Shown one piece after another: positions 9,662 to 18,486 of a stretch of 64,000 nt of DNA. The translations under genes were made by a program, and so were the position numbers. The notes below the pieces were generated by a model that saw only the letters and a program-made list of their open reading frames with translations, was not told where the DNA came from and made no database searches. The stretch covers positions 40-64,039 of the forward strand of contig DAOMFV010000009.1 in NCBI GenBank assembly GCA_035430005.1, in the 5' to 3' direction. The DNA comes from Gemmatales bacterium (GTDB lineage: Bacteria; Planctomycetota; Planctomycetia; Gemmatales; HRBIN36). The first letter of the stretch is position 1, and each line of letters opens with the position of its first letter.

Positions 9662-11760
9662 CCAATCCCCGCCAGTGACAACACCTTGCCATACTTCGAT
9701 AATACCGAGGCTCGGATGCCCGCGTGTTCAGGCGCCTGCAAACCCGGATCACGCTGGATAAGTTCCATTGCGTCATGGCGGGCCAGGTCAAGCAGTTCAG
9801 CGTCGCGCACAGGATGAGCGATCTTCAGTTCACCGATGCCGTGCTGCCTGGTGCCGAAGAACTCGCCCATGCCGCGTAGTTCAAGGTCTTTCTCAGCCAG
9901 AAGAAAACCATCCGATGTCTTGCAGAAGTACTTAAGCCGGTCTTTTGCTTCTGGTGTTGCAGTATCGGCAAAGAGATAGCACTCGCCTGCCACGGGGCCT
10001 CTGCTGATTCGTCCTCGGAGCTGATGTAACTGCGACATGCCGAAGCGCTCCGCATGCTCGATCACCATCATCGTAGCGTTGGCTATATCCACGCCTACTT
10101 CGATAACCGTAGTAGACACCAGACAGTCCAGTTCCTTGTTCTGGAACTGCATCATGACCTCGTCTTTGGTGCGATCATCAAGGCGGCCGTGAAGAATGCC
10201 CATTCGAAAATCCTGGAAAGGACCGTCATGGAGCAATTTAGCGGTATCGATGGCGCCTTTCAGATCGTTGTCCGCAGATTCCTCCACCATTGGGCAAACG
10301 ACATAGAGTTGCCTGCCTTTCTTAACCTCCCGGGCCAAGTGCTCCATCAGTTCCGGACGCTCCTCTTCCGGTGTCCATTTGGTGCGTACCGATTTACGGC
10401 CGGGGGGAAGCTCACGAATGACCGAAATGTCAAGATCCCCAAATACCGTCAAACCGATGGTGCGGGGAATCGGCGTCGCCGTCATTACCAGGTAATGGGG
10501 ATCCGACCCCTTATGTCGAATGGTGGCTCGCTGTTGCACGCCAAAGCGATGCTGTTCATCAATAACCACCAGGCCCAGGTTGGCGAACTCAATGTCATTT
10601 TGGATCAGCGCCTGAGTGCCGACGACCAGGTCGATCTGTCCTCGCTTGATTTCGCCCAGAGCAATGCGACGATCAGTTCCGGAGATGCCGCCGACCAGAA
10701 ACTCCATCTTGACTTTGCTGTGGGCCAGGTAGCGATTCAGTGTCCTCCAGTGCTGGCGGGCCAGCACTTCTGTCGGGGCCATCAAGGCTGTCTGGTGCTT
10801 GTTCGCCACTGCCACCAGCATGGCGTAAACAGCCACCGCCGTCTTTCCAGCACCAACGTCAGCCTGCAAAAGCCGACGCATCGGTCGGTCCTTGGCAAGA
10901 TCATCACAAATCTGATGAATGACCCTGTCCTGTCCCTTGGTGAGATCAAAGGGCAAAAGTTTCCGGATGCGTTCATCCACCAGTTTGGAACGTAAGAGAG
11001 GAGTTGCCTTGCCCTGCACCTGCTGATCACGCCGTTGCAAGCATAACGCTACCTGAAGTACGAGTAATTCGTCGTAAGCCAGCCGTCGCCGCCCTCGTTC
11101 TGCCTCCTCTAAGGTTTTGGGAAGGTGCACCGAATGCATGGCATCGGCGATACGTTGCAAGTTGTGACGTGAGACCAAGGGGGCCGGCACGATGTCACGG
11201 ATCGCCACAGCATACCTCTCAACAATCTCCCGCTGGATACGTCGCATTGCATCGGCATGCAGTCCTTCGGTCAGGCTGTAGAGTGGCAGGACGGTCGAAT
11301 CTTCATCCTGCTGCACCGCCTGTTCCACGGGTCGTAATCGAGGATTATTCATCTGCCAGTGCCCCCGGTAATGCCGGGGCTTGCCGGTGCAGGCGACGAG
11401 CATGCCGTAACGCAGCTTGTTCGAGACGAACGGCTGATTGAAGTAGACGGCTTCCAGCACGACGTCGCCGCCATCACTGATGACGATGCTGACCATTTCT
11501 TTGCCGGTATGCGTTGTTTTGCCTTCAATCTCCACGACTTCGCCAATGACAGTCTGTGGCTCATCATTGGCCTTCAGGTCAACAATACGCAGGCGATTGG
11601 TCAGTGCCTCATATGCCCGGGGGAGATAAAAGAGCAAATCACCCACGGTGACCAAGCCGAGCTTAAGTAGCTTCTCGTACCGCTGCGGCCCCACGCCTTT
11701 GACGAACTGGGCTGAGGAAGCAAGAGGGTTTTCAGAACTGGGAGAAAATGTGTCAGCCAT
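9658..11760 (-). CDS. recG: ATP-dependent DNA helicase RecG
   Basis: 700 aa with helicase motifs DVGAGKT, VIDEQHRFG, MTATPIPRT and QLHQLRGRISRG, plus an N-terminal wedge/OB-type region. Its stop overlaps the stop of the convergent kinase gene by 4 nt. Confidence 0.9.
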   Translation of the reverse strand: MADTFSPSSENPLASSAQFVKGVGPQRYEKLLKLGLVTVGDLLFYLPRAYEALTNRLRIVDLKANDEPQTVIGEVVEIEGKTTHTGKEMVSIVISDGGDVVLEAVYFNQPFVSNKLRYGMLVACTGKPRHYRGHWQMNNPRLRPVEQAVQQDEDSTVLPLYSLTEGLHADAMRRIQREIVERYAVAIRDIVPAPLVSRHNLQRIADAMHSVHLPKTLEEAERGRRRLAYDELLVLQVALCLQRRDQQVQGKATPLLRSKLVDERIRKLLPFDLTKGQDRVIHQICDDLAKDRPMRRLLQADVGAGKTAVAVYAMLVAVANKHQTALMAPTEVLARQHWRTLNRYLAHSKVKMEFLVGGISGTDRRIALGEIKRGQIDLVVGTQALIQNDIEFANLGLVVIDEQHRFGVQQRATIRHKGSDPHYLVMTATPIPRTIGLTVFGDLDISVIRELPPGRKSVRTKWTPEEERPELMEHLAREVKKGRQLYVVCPMVEESADNDLKGAIDTAKLLHDGPFQDFRMGILHGRLDDRTKDEVMMQFQNKELDCLVSTTVIEVGVDIANATMMVIEHAERFGMSQLHQLRGRISRGPVAGECYLFADTATPEAKDRLKYFCKTSDGFLLAEKDLELRGMGEFFGTRQHGIGELKIAHPVRDAELLDLARHDAMELIQRDPGLQAPEHAGIRASVLSKYGKVLSLAGIG

Positions 11761-11915
11761 TACTGATCAGTAGGAATAATCATGGGAGAACTCTCACCTA
11801 TTCTCGCAGAAGTCAGGCAAGAGTAAACGGGTCAGAATGACCAATCGCTTACCCTGCGGAAAACATGGTTACTTCATATAGTTTCTACATCACTATTCTG
11901 TGCAGGACAGTCCTT

Positions 11916-14660
11916 ATGATTCGTTCGGTAAGCCTTGTTTCTTTCTTACTACTTCTTGGTGTCCTATCCTTCAACGGATCGTTAGCATCGGCTTCGCCTG
12001 ACGATCAGAAGCAAGCGATCGTCCCGCCTGCCGCGCTGACGATGTACGATTCACTTAAGGAATATACTCTCAATAACGGACTCAAAGTCTATTTGCTGCC
12101 TGTTCCCGGTTCGCCGGTCGTCACCACAATGACCGCCTTCCAGGCCGGTTCCTGTGACGAAGACAAAACCGCCACCGGCCTGGCCCATTATCTGGAACAT
12201 CTCATGTTCAAGGGTACTGCCAAGTTGAGACCCGGCGATATTGATCGCATGACTCAGCGCAGCGGCGGTTCGAACAACGCCTACACCAACCACGACATGA
12301 CGAACTACCACTTCGACTTCGCCGCCGACCGATGGGAGACAGCTCTGGAGATCGAAACCGAGCGGATGCGTGGTCTGCTCATCGATAAGGCCCACGAGTT
12401 CGAACAGGAAAAGGGCGCTGTCATCGAAGAACTAGCTCGCAACGAGGATGCCCCCTGGGACCTCGAAGAGAAAGCCATCCTGCCGATGCTCTTCGGCAAG
12501 GAATCGCCATACGGACATCCCATCATCGGCGAACGAGAGCACGTCCGTGGTGCTACCGCCGATGTCATTAAGGGCTATTACAATAAGTGGTACCATCCCA
12601 ATAACGCCACGATGATCGTTGTAGGCGGCATCGATCCTGACCTGGCGATTGCGAAGATCAAAGCCAAGTTGGAAAACATCCCCACCACCGCACTCCCCGA
12701 ACGCAAGGTCTGGCCGACCAAGTTTCCTGATCGCCCGGCCCGCCTGGAGTTTCCCTCGAAGTTCCCCACTGCCCGCATGATCATGGGCTTTACCACCATA
12801 CCTCAAGGCCATGCCAATGAAGCAGCACTTGACATCGCCAGCATGATCCTGGCATCGAGCAAGACCAGCAGGCTTTATAAGAAGCTCGTTCTCGAAGAAC
12901 GGATAGCTGTCGAAGTCGGCGCCAGTCACAGCCCCGGACGATACCCAGGTTGGTTCGGCATCCAAATGGAATTGCTCCCGGGCAAGGATCGCAAGAAGGC
13001 TGAGCAGATCGTCCTTGCTGAAATTCGCAGACTGGCCACTGAACCAGTACCTGCCAACGAACTGCTTCGTATTCAGCGAATGATCATCAGTCAATCGATC
13101 TTCAGCCGTGAGGGCATCCATTCGCTGGCTGACAGCATTGCCAAAACCGTACTGGTTCAGCCTGCTTCTGCCCTCAAAGAACAGTTCACCAAATGGGCAG
13201 CAGTCACTCCCGTTGATATTCAGCGGGTGGCCAAGCTCTATCTGGATGCTGATAAGCCTGTCGTGGTCTGGTCGATACCAAAAGAAGAGAAGGGTGGCGG
13301 CGCTCAAGCTGATAAGCCCAAGGAAGGCAATCGCTACCGTAACTATGACAGGCAGCCACAAGGCGGAGCTGGTAACATCAGCCTTCAACAGGCCAAGAAG
13401 GTGGTGCTGCCCAATGGACTGACATTACTCCTTATGGAGAATCGTCGGTTGCCCCTCGTAGTAGCTGCGGCCTCATTGACTAATGTGCGTCGTTATGAGC
13501 CTGCCGAGAAAGCCGGAGTGGCCCAGTTGATGGGCAGCCTGCTCGAAGAGGGCACCGAAAAACGCACTGGCCAACAAATTGCCGAAGCGATCGATGATGT
13601 GGGTGGTACCATCAGCATGGTCGCCAATGGCGGCTCGGTGAAAGTGCTGAGGGATCACAAACAGCTGGGGCTGGAATTACTCTTCGACAGTCTGCTGCAT
13701 CCCAGCTTCCCCGCTGAAGCCTTTGAACGCAAGAAAGATGAACAACTGGCAGAGATTGCCGAAGCTCAAGAGCAGCCCCTTTCCCGCGCTTCTGAGGCGT
13801 TCCAGGAGACCATTTACGGCAAACACTTTAAAGGTCGTCCAAGCAGAGGCTCGCAGGCTATCGTTCAGAAGCTCACTCGTGACGATGTCGCGGCGTTCCA
13901 CAAGCTGGTCATGGTTCCCGACAATACCGCCTTGGCCATTGTGGGCGATTTCAACTCGAAGGAGATGATTGATCTCGTTACCAAGTTGACCGCCAACTGG
14001 ACGGGCAAACTGCCTCCTGCCCCTGAGACACCGGAACTCACTCTAGGAAAAGGTTCGTCCACTAAATTGATCACCATGCCCAACTCGGCCCAGCTTCAGT
14101 TCCTGATGGGCCACCTGGGCATCAAGCGAAATCACCCGGACTACTTCAAACTGCTCGTCATGGATAATGTCCTCGGTTCCGGTGCCGGCTTCACCGATCG
14201 CTTATCTTCCCGAATTCGTGATCGCGAAGGACTGGCTTACACCGTCAACGCCACCATCACCGACAGCGCCGAACTCGATCCAGGCGCTTTCATGTGCTAC
14301 ATCGGCACCGATGCCCGCAACTATCAACGGGTCAAGCAGCTTTTCCTCGAAGAGATCGAACGACTTCGCAAAGAGATTCCGAGCGAATATGAAGTGAGCA
14401 GCACCAAGCAGTACCTTTTGGGCAAACTGGCGTTCATGCTCACCACCAGTGACAGCATCGCTGAGAAACTGCTCTATGTAAACCGCTACGATCTGGGTTT
14501 TGATTATTTCGATAAATATCGAGCTAGTGTCGAAGCGGTTACTCCTGCTCAGGTACGTGAAATGGCTGAGAAGTACATTCAACCTGGGAGTTTTGCAACG
14601 GTTGCAGCAGGGGCCATCGACAAGGATGGCCGCATCTTGCCGCCTCCGGCCCAAAAATAA
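11916..14660 (+). CDS. M16-family zinc peptidase, fused double (pitrilysin/PqqL-like) with signal peptide
   Basis: The inverted zincin motif HYLEHLMFKG sits in the first half. The second M16-like half lacks it. ATG 11916 is preferred as the start because it begins a signal-peptide-like segment (MIRSVSLVSFLLLLGVLSFNGSLASA). The ORF is open from 11865. Confidence 0.85.
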   Translation: MIRSVSLVSFLLLLGVLSFNGSLASASPDDQKQAIVPPAALTMYDSLKEYTLNNGLKVYLLPVPGSPVVTTMTAFQAGSCDEDKTATGLAHYLEHLMFKGTAKLRPGDIDRMTQRSGGSNNAYTNHDMTNYHFDFAADRWETALEIETERMRGLLIDKAHEFEQEKGAVIEELARNEDAPWDLEEKAILPMLFGKESPYGHPIIGEREHVRGATADVIKGYYNKWYHPNNATMIVVGGIDPDLAIAKIKAKLENIPTTALPERKVWPTKFPDRPARLEFPSKFPTARMIMGFTTIPQGHANEAALDIASMILASSKTSRLYKKLVLEERIAVEVGASHSPGRYPGWFGIQMELLPGKDRKKAEQIVLAEIRRLATEPVPANELLRIQRMIISQSIFSREGIHSLADSIAKTVLVQPASALKEQFTKWAAVTPVDIQRVAKLYLDADKPVVVWSIPKEEKGGGAQADKPKEGNRYRNYDRQPQGGAGNISLQQAKKVVLPNGLTLLLMENRRLPLVVAAASLTNVRRYEPAEKAGVAQLMGSLLEEGTEKRTGQQIAEAIDDVGGTISMVANGGSVKVLRDHKQLGLELLFDSLLHPSFPAEAFERKKDEQLAEIAEAQEQPLSRASEAFQETIYGKHFKGRPSRGSQAIVQKLTRDDVAAFHKLVMVPDNTALAIVGDFNSKEMIDLVTKLTANWTGKLPPAPETPELTLGKGSSTKLITMPNSAQLQFLMGHLGIKRNHPDYFKLLVMDNVLGSGAGFTDRLSSRIRDREGLAYTVNATITDSAELDPGAFMCYIGTDARNYQRVKQLFLEEIERLRKEIPSEYEVSSTKQYLLGKLAFMLTTSDSIAEKLLYVNRYDLGFDYFDKYRASVEAVTPAQVREMAEKYIQPGSFATVAAGAIDKDGRILPPPAQK

Positions 14661-14749
14661 CGTATGGTTGCCTTGTGAACAGGAACCTTTCGTCCCTGTC
14701 TGCTCTTTCATTGAAGCGGCAGGGATTGGTTGTACACAAGGAAGCCCTG

Positions 14750-15967
14750 ATGAGTGCAAGTGCCCAGCTTGATACCCCCAGGATGAGTAAGTCAGAACAG
14801 CCGGTTGCTACTGAGTACGAACTTTCCATCGTGATGCCATGCCTGAACGAGGCGGATACGGTGGGTACCTGCGTCCGTAAGGCCCACGCTGCCATCGAAA
14901 AGATGGGAATCCGGGGCGAGATCGTCATTGCCGACAATGGCAGCACCGATGGCTCGCAGGCCATTGCAACCGAACATGGTGCTCGTATCGTTCCCGTTGC
15001 CGCTAAAGGTTATGGGAACGCTCTCATGGGTGGCATCTCAGCTGCCAAGGGCAAGTATGTGATTATGGGCGATGCGGACGACAGCTACGACTTCGGCGAG
15101 GCACCGAAGTTTGTCGCCAAGTTGCGTGAAGGGTATGAGCTGGTTCAGGGGTGCAGGTTCCCCCGTGGCGGTGGCACCATCGAAAAGGGAGCCATGCCGT
15201 TCCTTCATTACTGGCTCGGCAACCCGCTCTTTTCCTTCCTGAGCCGTCTCTGGTTCCGCGCTCCGATCAACGATATCTACTGCGGCCTGCGTGGCTTCAC
15301 CAAAGACTTGTATGATCGGCTCGATCTCCGCAGTTATGGCATGGAGTTCGCCACCGAAATGGTCATCAAGGCGAGCCTGTTTAAGGCCAAAATTGCTGAG
15401 GTGCCGATCACCCTGCACCCCGATGGCCGCAAATCGCATCCACCACATCTGAAGACCTGGCGGGATGGCTGGCGAACCCTGCGATTCTTCCTGCTCTACA
15501 GCCCCCGCTGGCTCTTCCTTATCCCCGGCCTGTTCCTGATCCTCCTCGGCATCGTCGGCTACAGTCTGGCACTCCCCGGCATCAAGATTGGCAGCGCCAC
15601 CTTCGACGCTCACAGCTTGCTTTTTGCCAGCTTGTTCCTCATGGTCGGCTACCAGGCAGTGTTGTTCGCCTTGTTCACTAAACGCTTTGCCATCAGTGAA
15701 GGAATGATGCCGCCAGATGACAGGCTGACGAAGTTCTTCCAATGGGCCACTCTTGAACGAGGCCTTATTATTGGCACTCTCGCCGGCCTGGGAGGGTTGT
15801 TCCTCCTCGTCGGCGCCATCAACCAGTGGTGGGAAGCCGGCTTTGGCAGCCTGAACTATGCGGTCACTATGCGTTGGGTCATCCCCGGCGTGACGCTCTG
15901 CATGCTGGGCTTCCAGACACTCTTTGGCAGCTTCTTTATCAGTGTCCTGGGGATGCGACGCAAATGA
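14750..15967 (+). CDS. Family 2 glycosyltransferase with C-terminal transmembrane domain (polyprenyl-phosphate glycosyltransferase-like)
   Basis: Carries LSIVMPCLNEA, DNGSTDGS and GDADDSYD (DxD), followed by about four hydrophobic helices. This is the GtrB/DPM1-like architecture. ATG 14750 is preceded by AAGGAAG. The ORF is open from 14675. Confidence 0.8.
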   Translation: MSASAQLDTPRMSKSEQPVATEYELSIVMPCLNEADTVGTCVRKAHAAIEKMGIRGEIVIADNGSTDGSQAIATEHGARIVPVAAKGYGNALMGGISAAKGKYVIMGDADDSYDFGEAPKFVAKLREGYELVQGCRFPRGGGTIEKGAMPFLHYWLGNPLFSFLSRLWFRAPINDIYCGLRGFTKDLYDRLDLRSYGMEFATEMVIKASLFKAKIAEVPITLHPDGRKSHPPHLKTWRDGWRTLRFFLLYSPRWLFLIPGLFLILLGIVGYSLALPGIKIGSATFDAHSLLFASLFLMVGYQAVLFALFTKRFAISEGMMPPDDRLTKFFQWATLERGLIIGTLAGLGGLFLLVGAINQWWEAGFGSLNYAVTMRWVIPGVTLCMLGFQTLFGSFFISVLGMRRK

Positions 15968-16686
15968 CCTCTAACGCTGTCATGAACACTACTGAGATCA
16001 AACCTGAGTTCGACAGCTATGCCAAAAACTATGATCAGGCTCTGCAGCAGGGGCTTTCGGTCTCCGGCGAAGCCAAGGAATACTTCGCCGAGGGGCGAGT
16101 TGCCTTGCTGCAAAAGTGCCTGCGCAAGCTCAAATATCAACCTCAGCGCGTGCTCGACTTCGGCTGTGGTACCGGCACCAGCGTGCCCATTCTTCATGCG
16201 ATTCCCGGCGTTACCTTTGCCCAGGGTATCGATCTCTCAGCTGAGTCTATCAGTCAGGCTGAGAAAATGCATGGCCACGACAATCGCCGTTTCTACGCTC
16301 TAGCTGATTATCAGCCTGATGGCAGCTTCGATCTGGTCTTTTGTAACGGCGTCTTTCACCATATCCCGCTGGATCAACGGGCCAAAGCTATCGAGACGGT
16401 CTACCAGTCGCTCAAGCCCGGTGGTATCTTCGCGTTATGGGAGAACAACCCCTGGAATCCGGCAACCCGCTATGTGATGAGCCGCATTCCGTTCGATAAG
16501 GATGCCATCACCCTCACGCCGCCGGAGTCGCGCATGATCACCCAGGCAGGTGGTTTTACCATTCTGCGCACTGACTTCCTCTTTATCTTCCCACGGCTGT
16601 TGAAATGGTTCAGGCCACTGGAGCAACTCGTCTCCTCGTGGCCTGTGGGTACCCAATATCAAATTCTCTGTCGGAAGCCTACTTGA
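15964..16686 (+). CDS. Class I SAM-dependent methyltransferase
   Basis: SAM motif I (VLDFGCGTGT) and FCNGVFHHI are present. ATG 15964 overlaps the upstream stop (ATGA). The upstream extension to 15826 lies inside the GT2 gene. Confidence 0.8.
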   Translation: MTSNAVMNTTEIKPEFDSYAKNYDQALQQGLSVSGEAKEYFAEGRVALLQKCLRKLKYQPQRVLDFGCGTGTSVPILHAIPGVTFAQGIDLSAESISQAEKMHGHDNRRFYALADYQPDGSFDLVFCNGVFHHIPLDQRAKAIETVYQSLKPGGIFALWENNPWNPATRYVMSRIPFDKDAITLTPPESRMITQAGGFTILRTDFLFIFPRLLKWFRPLEQLVSSWPVGTQYQILCRKPT

Positions 16687-18388
16687 ACAGCCCTTCAGGT
16701 ACTTCCACTGTAGAGTTGTTCATCTTCTGCCCCAAAGTATGAGCCAGCCCCACCGACGCCAGTTGGGGCGATACTTTTTCCATCCGCCTGCCCGGCACCA
16801 CTCCGGCGCCAAAAAACACCAGGGGCACATGAGTATCATACTCGTGTGGCGATCCATGCGTGGTGCCCGTAGTGTACTTCGATACCAGGAAGTGGTAAGG
16901 CTTCATAATCGGCTGCACATCGCCAGATCGGTCTGGCTGAAAGCTTTTCCTGACATTCTCACCGAAACCTGGCAGAGGTGAAGGATCAAGAAGCTGAGAT
17001 CGTGTATACACTTCAAGAACGTAAGGACGGGTCTTGAACCAATCAGCGACTGCCTGCTCGACTTCCTGATAGGTTTTACCAGCTGCTTTGATGGTACGAA
17101 GATTCAAGTAGATTCCCGCTCCGCTGATCGCTTCAGTCCATTTGGCTGTGGTTTGATACTTGCTGCTCAGATAGTGTTCGAGAGCCGGAACTTCTTTGGT
17201 TGCTTCAACACGGCCTGCCACCAGTCCTTTGGCTTTCGACACTTCCGGCAGTGGGCATACACCATGATCCGCTGAGACTACCATCAAATAGTTCTCTCGG
17301 CCCACATGAGCATCCAGATAGTTGATCATATCAGCCATGATCCTGTCGCTTCGCAAAGTCACATCCATAACTTCCTGGGAATCGGGCCCCCAGACATGCC
17401 CCACTGAATCGTTGCTGGAGTAGCTGACAACCAGGTAATCAGTCTGTTCATGCTGCCCCAGCCTTTCGTTGTCAAGGACGGCCTTGGCGGCCTGCCAAGT
17501 CAAGTCGTTGCCCATGGGCGAGGTGTAGATGGCGTCGTAAAACTTGGGGCCGGGCTGATCGAGACCGCCGGTCATGGGATGGGGGAAAGTGCGACCTTGT
17601 TTGATGCCGATGCCTTCGCCTTCAACATCGTCAGGGCCACTGAACTCGGTGTAATTGATGTCGTTTCGGAGTCGAGTCCAATCTTTGACGAACCATTGAT
17701 CAGCCAGCTTCAGTTCATTGAACTTTGCCATGTAGCTGGGCAGCCTGTCGATATAGAAATTCGAAGTGACAAACGCCCCGACGTTATCGTCGTACCAGTA
17801 GCAGATATCAGCCTTGGCACCGGTAGGCAGCACGCCGCCACGGTCTTTGAGCGAGACGCCGATGACCTTGCCCTTGGAATTGGTCACTTCTTTGACCACA
17901 TCGCCCAGGGCTGGTTCAAGAAGTCTGCCTGGTGTGCCGCCACCTGTAAGTCCTGATTTGCTCTTGGCTCCATCAGGGATCATCTTGAAACGGTCGCCGA
18001 GGGTGGCGCAGTACGCATTCTTGCCCGTGCTGCGGTCGTACCATTCGTTTTCGACAATGCCATGCTGAGCAGGGATGCAACCGGTGCCCAGCGTGGCATG
18101 GCCGCAACCTGTCAGCGTCATCGAATAGGGATAATGGCAGTTCGTGAACCAGGCTCCTTCACTGGTCAAGCGATTGAACCCATCGGTGCCGAACTGTTTG
18201 CTCCAGCGTTCAAGATAGTCGCCCCGCATTTGATCAAATACGACGAGCACCAGAAGCTTGGGGCCATGAACTTGGCCGGCAGTTGCCACTGGCAGCGTGA
18301 TGATCCTGGTACCTGCATTCATCCCCATGATGGGGACAATCACCAACAACACTAGCAGGATCAGGGCAATTCGAGTCGCTCGTACCAT
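16679..18388 (-). CDS. Alkaline-phosphatase-superfamily enzyme, nucleotide pyrophosphatase/phosphodiesterase (NPP/PafA-like)
   Basis: Has an N-terminal hydrophobic anchor, FDQMRGDY, YPYSMTLTGCGHATLGTGCIPAQHGIV (NPP-type Thr nucleophile block), SADHG and HGSPHEYDTHVPL. Confidence 0.8.
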   Translation of the reverse strand: MVRATRIALILLVLLVIVPIMGMNAGTRIITLPVATAGQVHGPKLLVLVVFDQMRGDYLERWSKQFGTDGFNRLTSEGAWFTNCHYPYSMTLTGCGHATLGTGCIPAQHGIVENEWYDRSTGKNAYCATLGDRFKMIPDGAKSKSGLTGGGTPGRLLEPALGDVVKEVTNSKGKVIGVSLKDRGGVLPTGAKADICYWYDDNVGAFVTSNFYIDRLPSYMAKFNELKLADQWFVKDWTRLRNDINYTEFSGPDDVEGEGIGIKQGRTFPHPMTGGLDQPGPKFYDAIYTSPMGNDLTWQAAKAVLDNERLGQHEQTDYLVVSYSSNDSVGHVWGPDSQEVMDVTLRSDRIMADMINYLDAHVGRENYLMVVSADHGVCPLPEVSKAKGLVAGRVEATKEVPALEHYLSSKYQTTAKWTEAISGAGIYLNLRTIKAAGKTYQEVEQAVADWFKTRPYVLEVYTRSQLLDPSPLPGFGENVRKSFQPDRSGDVQPIMKPYHFLVSKYTTGTTHGSPHEYDTHVPLVFFGAGVVPGRRMEKVSPQLASVGLAHTLGQKMNNSTVEVPEGLFK

Positions 18389-18486
18389 GTATTATCACTC
18401 ACCATCAAAGAGAGTACTCTCAATGTGAAGCTACGAATTGAATGATAGGTGTGACAAGAGAAGACTACATCATAAAGATGAGATGG

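Noticed and set aside
10054-10995. 313-aa ORF antisense to recG
   Set aside because: Same reasoning. recG motifs occupy the opposite strand throughout, and the antisense product is low-complexity (His/Gln/Arg-rich) with no motif.
11761-11772. Perfect palindrome TACTGATCAGTA abutting the recG start codon. Its half-sites TACTG/CAGTA match the ends of the E. coli LexA box.
   Set aside because: A 12-bp palindrome with no loop is expected about 16 times by chance in 64 kb. The spacing (2 nt instead of 10) does not fit the LexA box, and recG is not a typical SOS gene. The position is suggestive but the evidence is insufficient.
12432-13388. 318-aa ORF antisense to the M16 peptidase gene
   Set aside because: It lies entirely inside a gene with strong motif support (HxxEH). 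It has no recognisable motif, start context or independent intergenic space. Long shadow ORFs opposite real genes are expected at this GC content.
18410-18421. Palindrome GAGAGTACTCTC, 22 nt upstream of the NPP/alkaline-phosphatase-family start
   Set aside because: Same statistical argument: about 16 such palindromes are expected by chance. It matches no known operator consensus.
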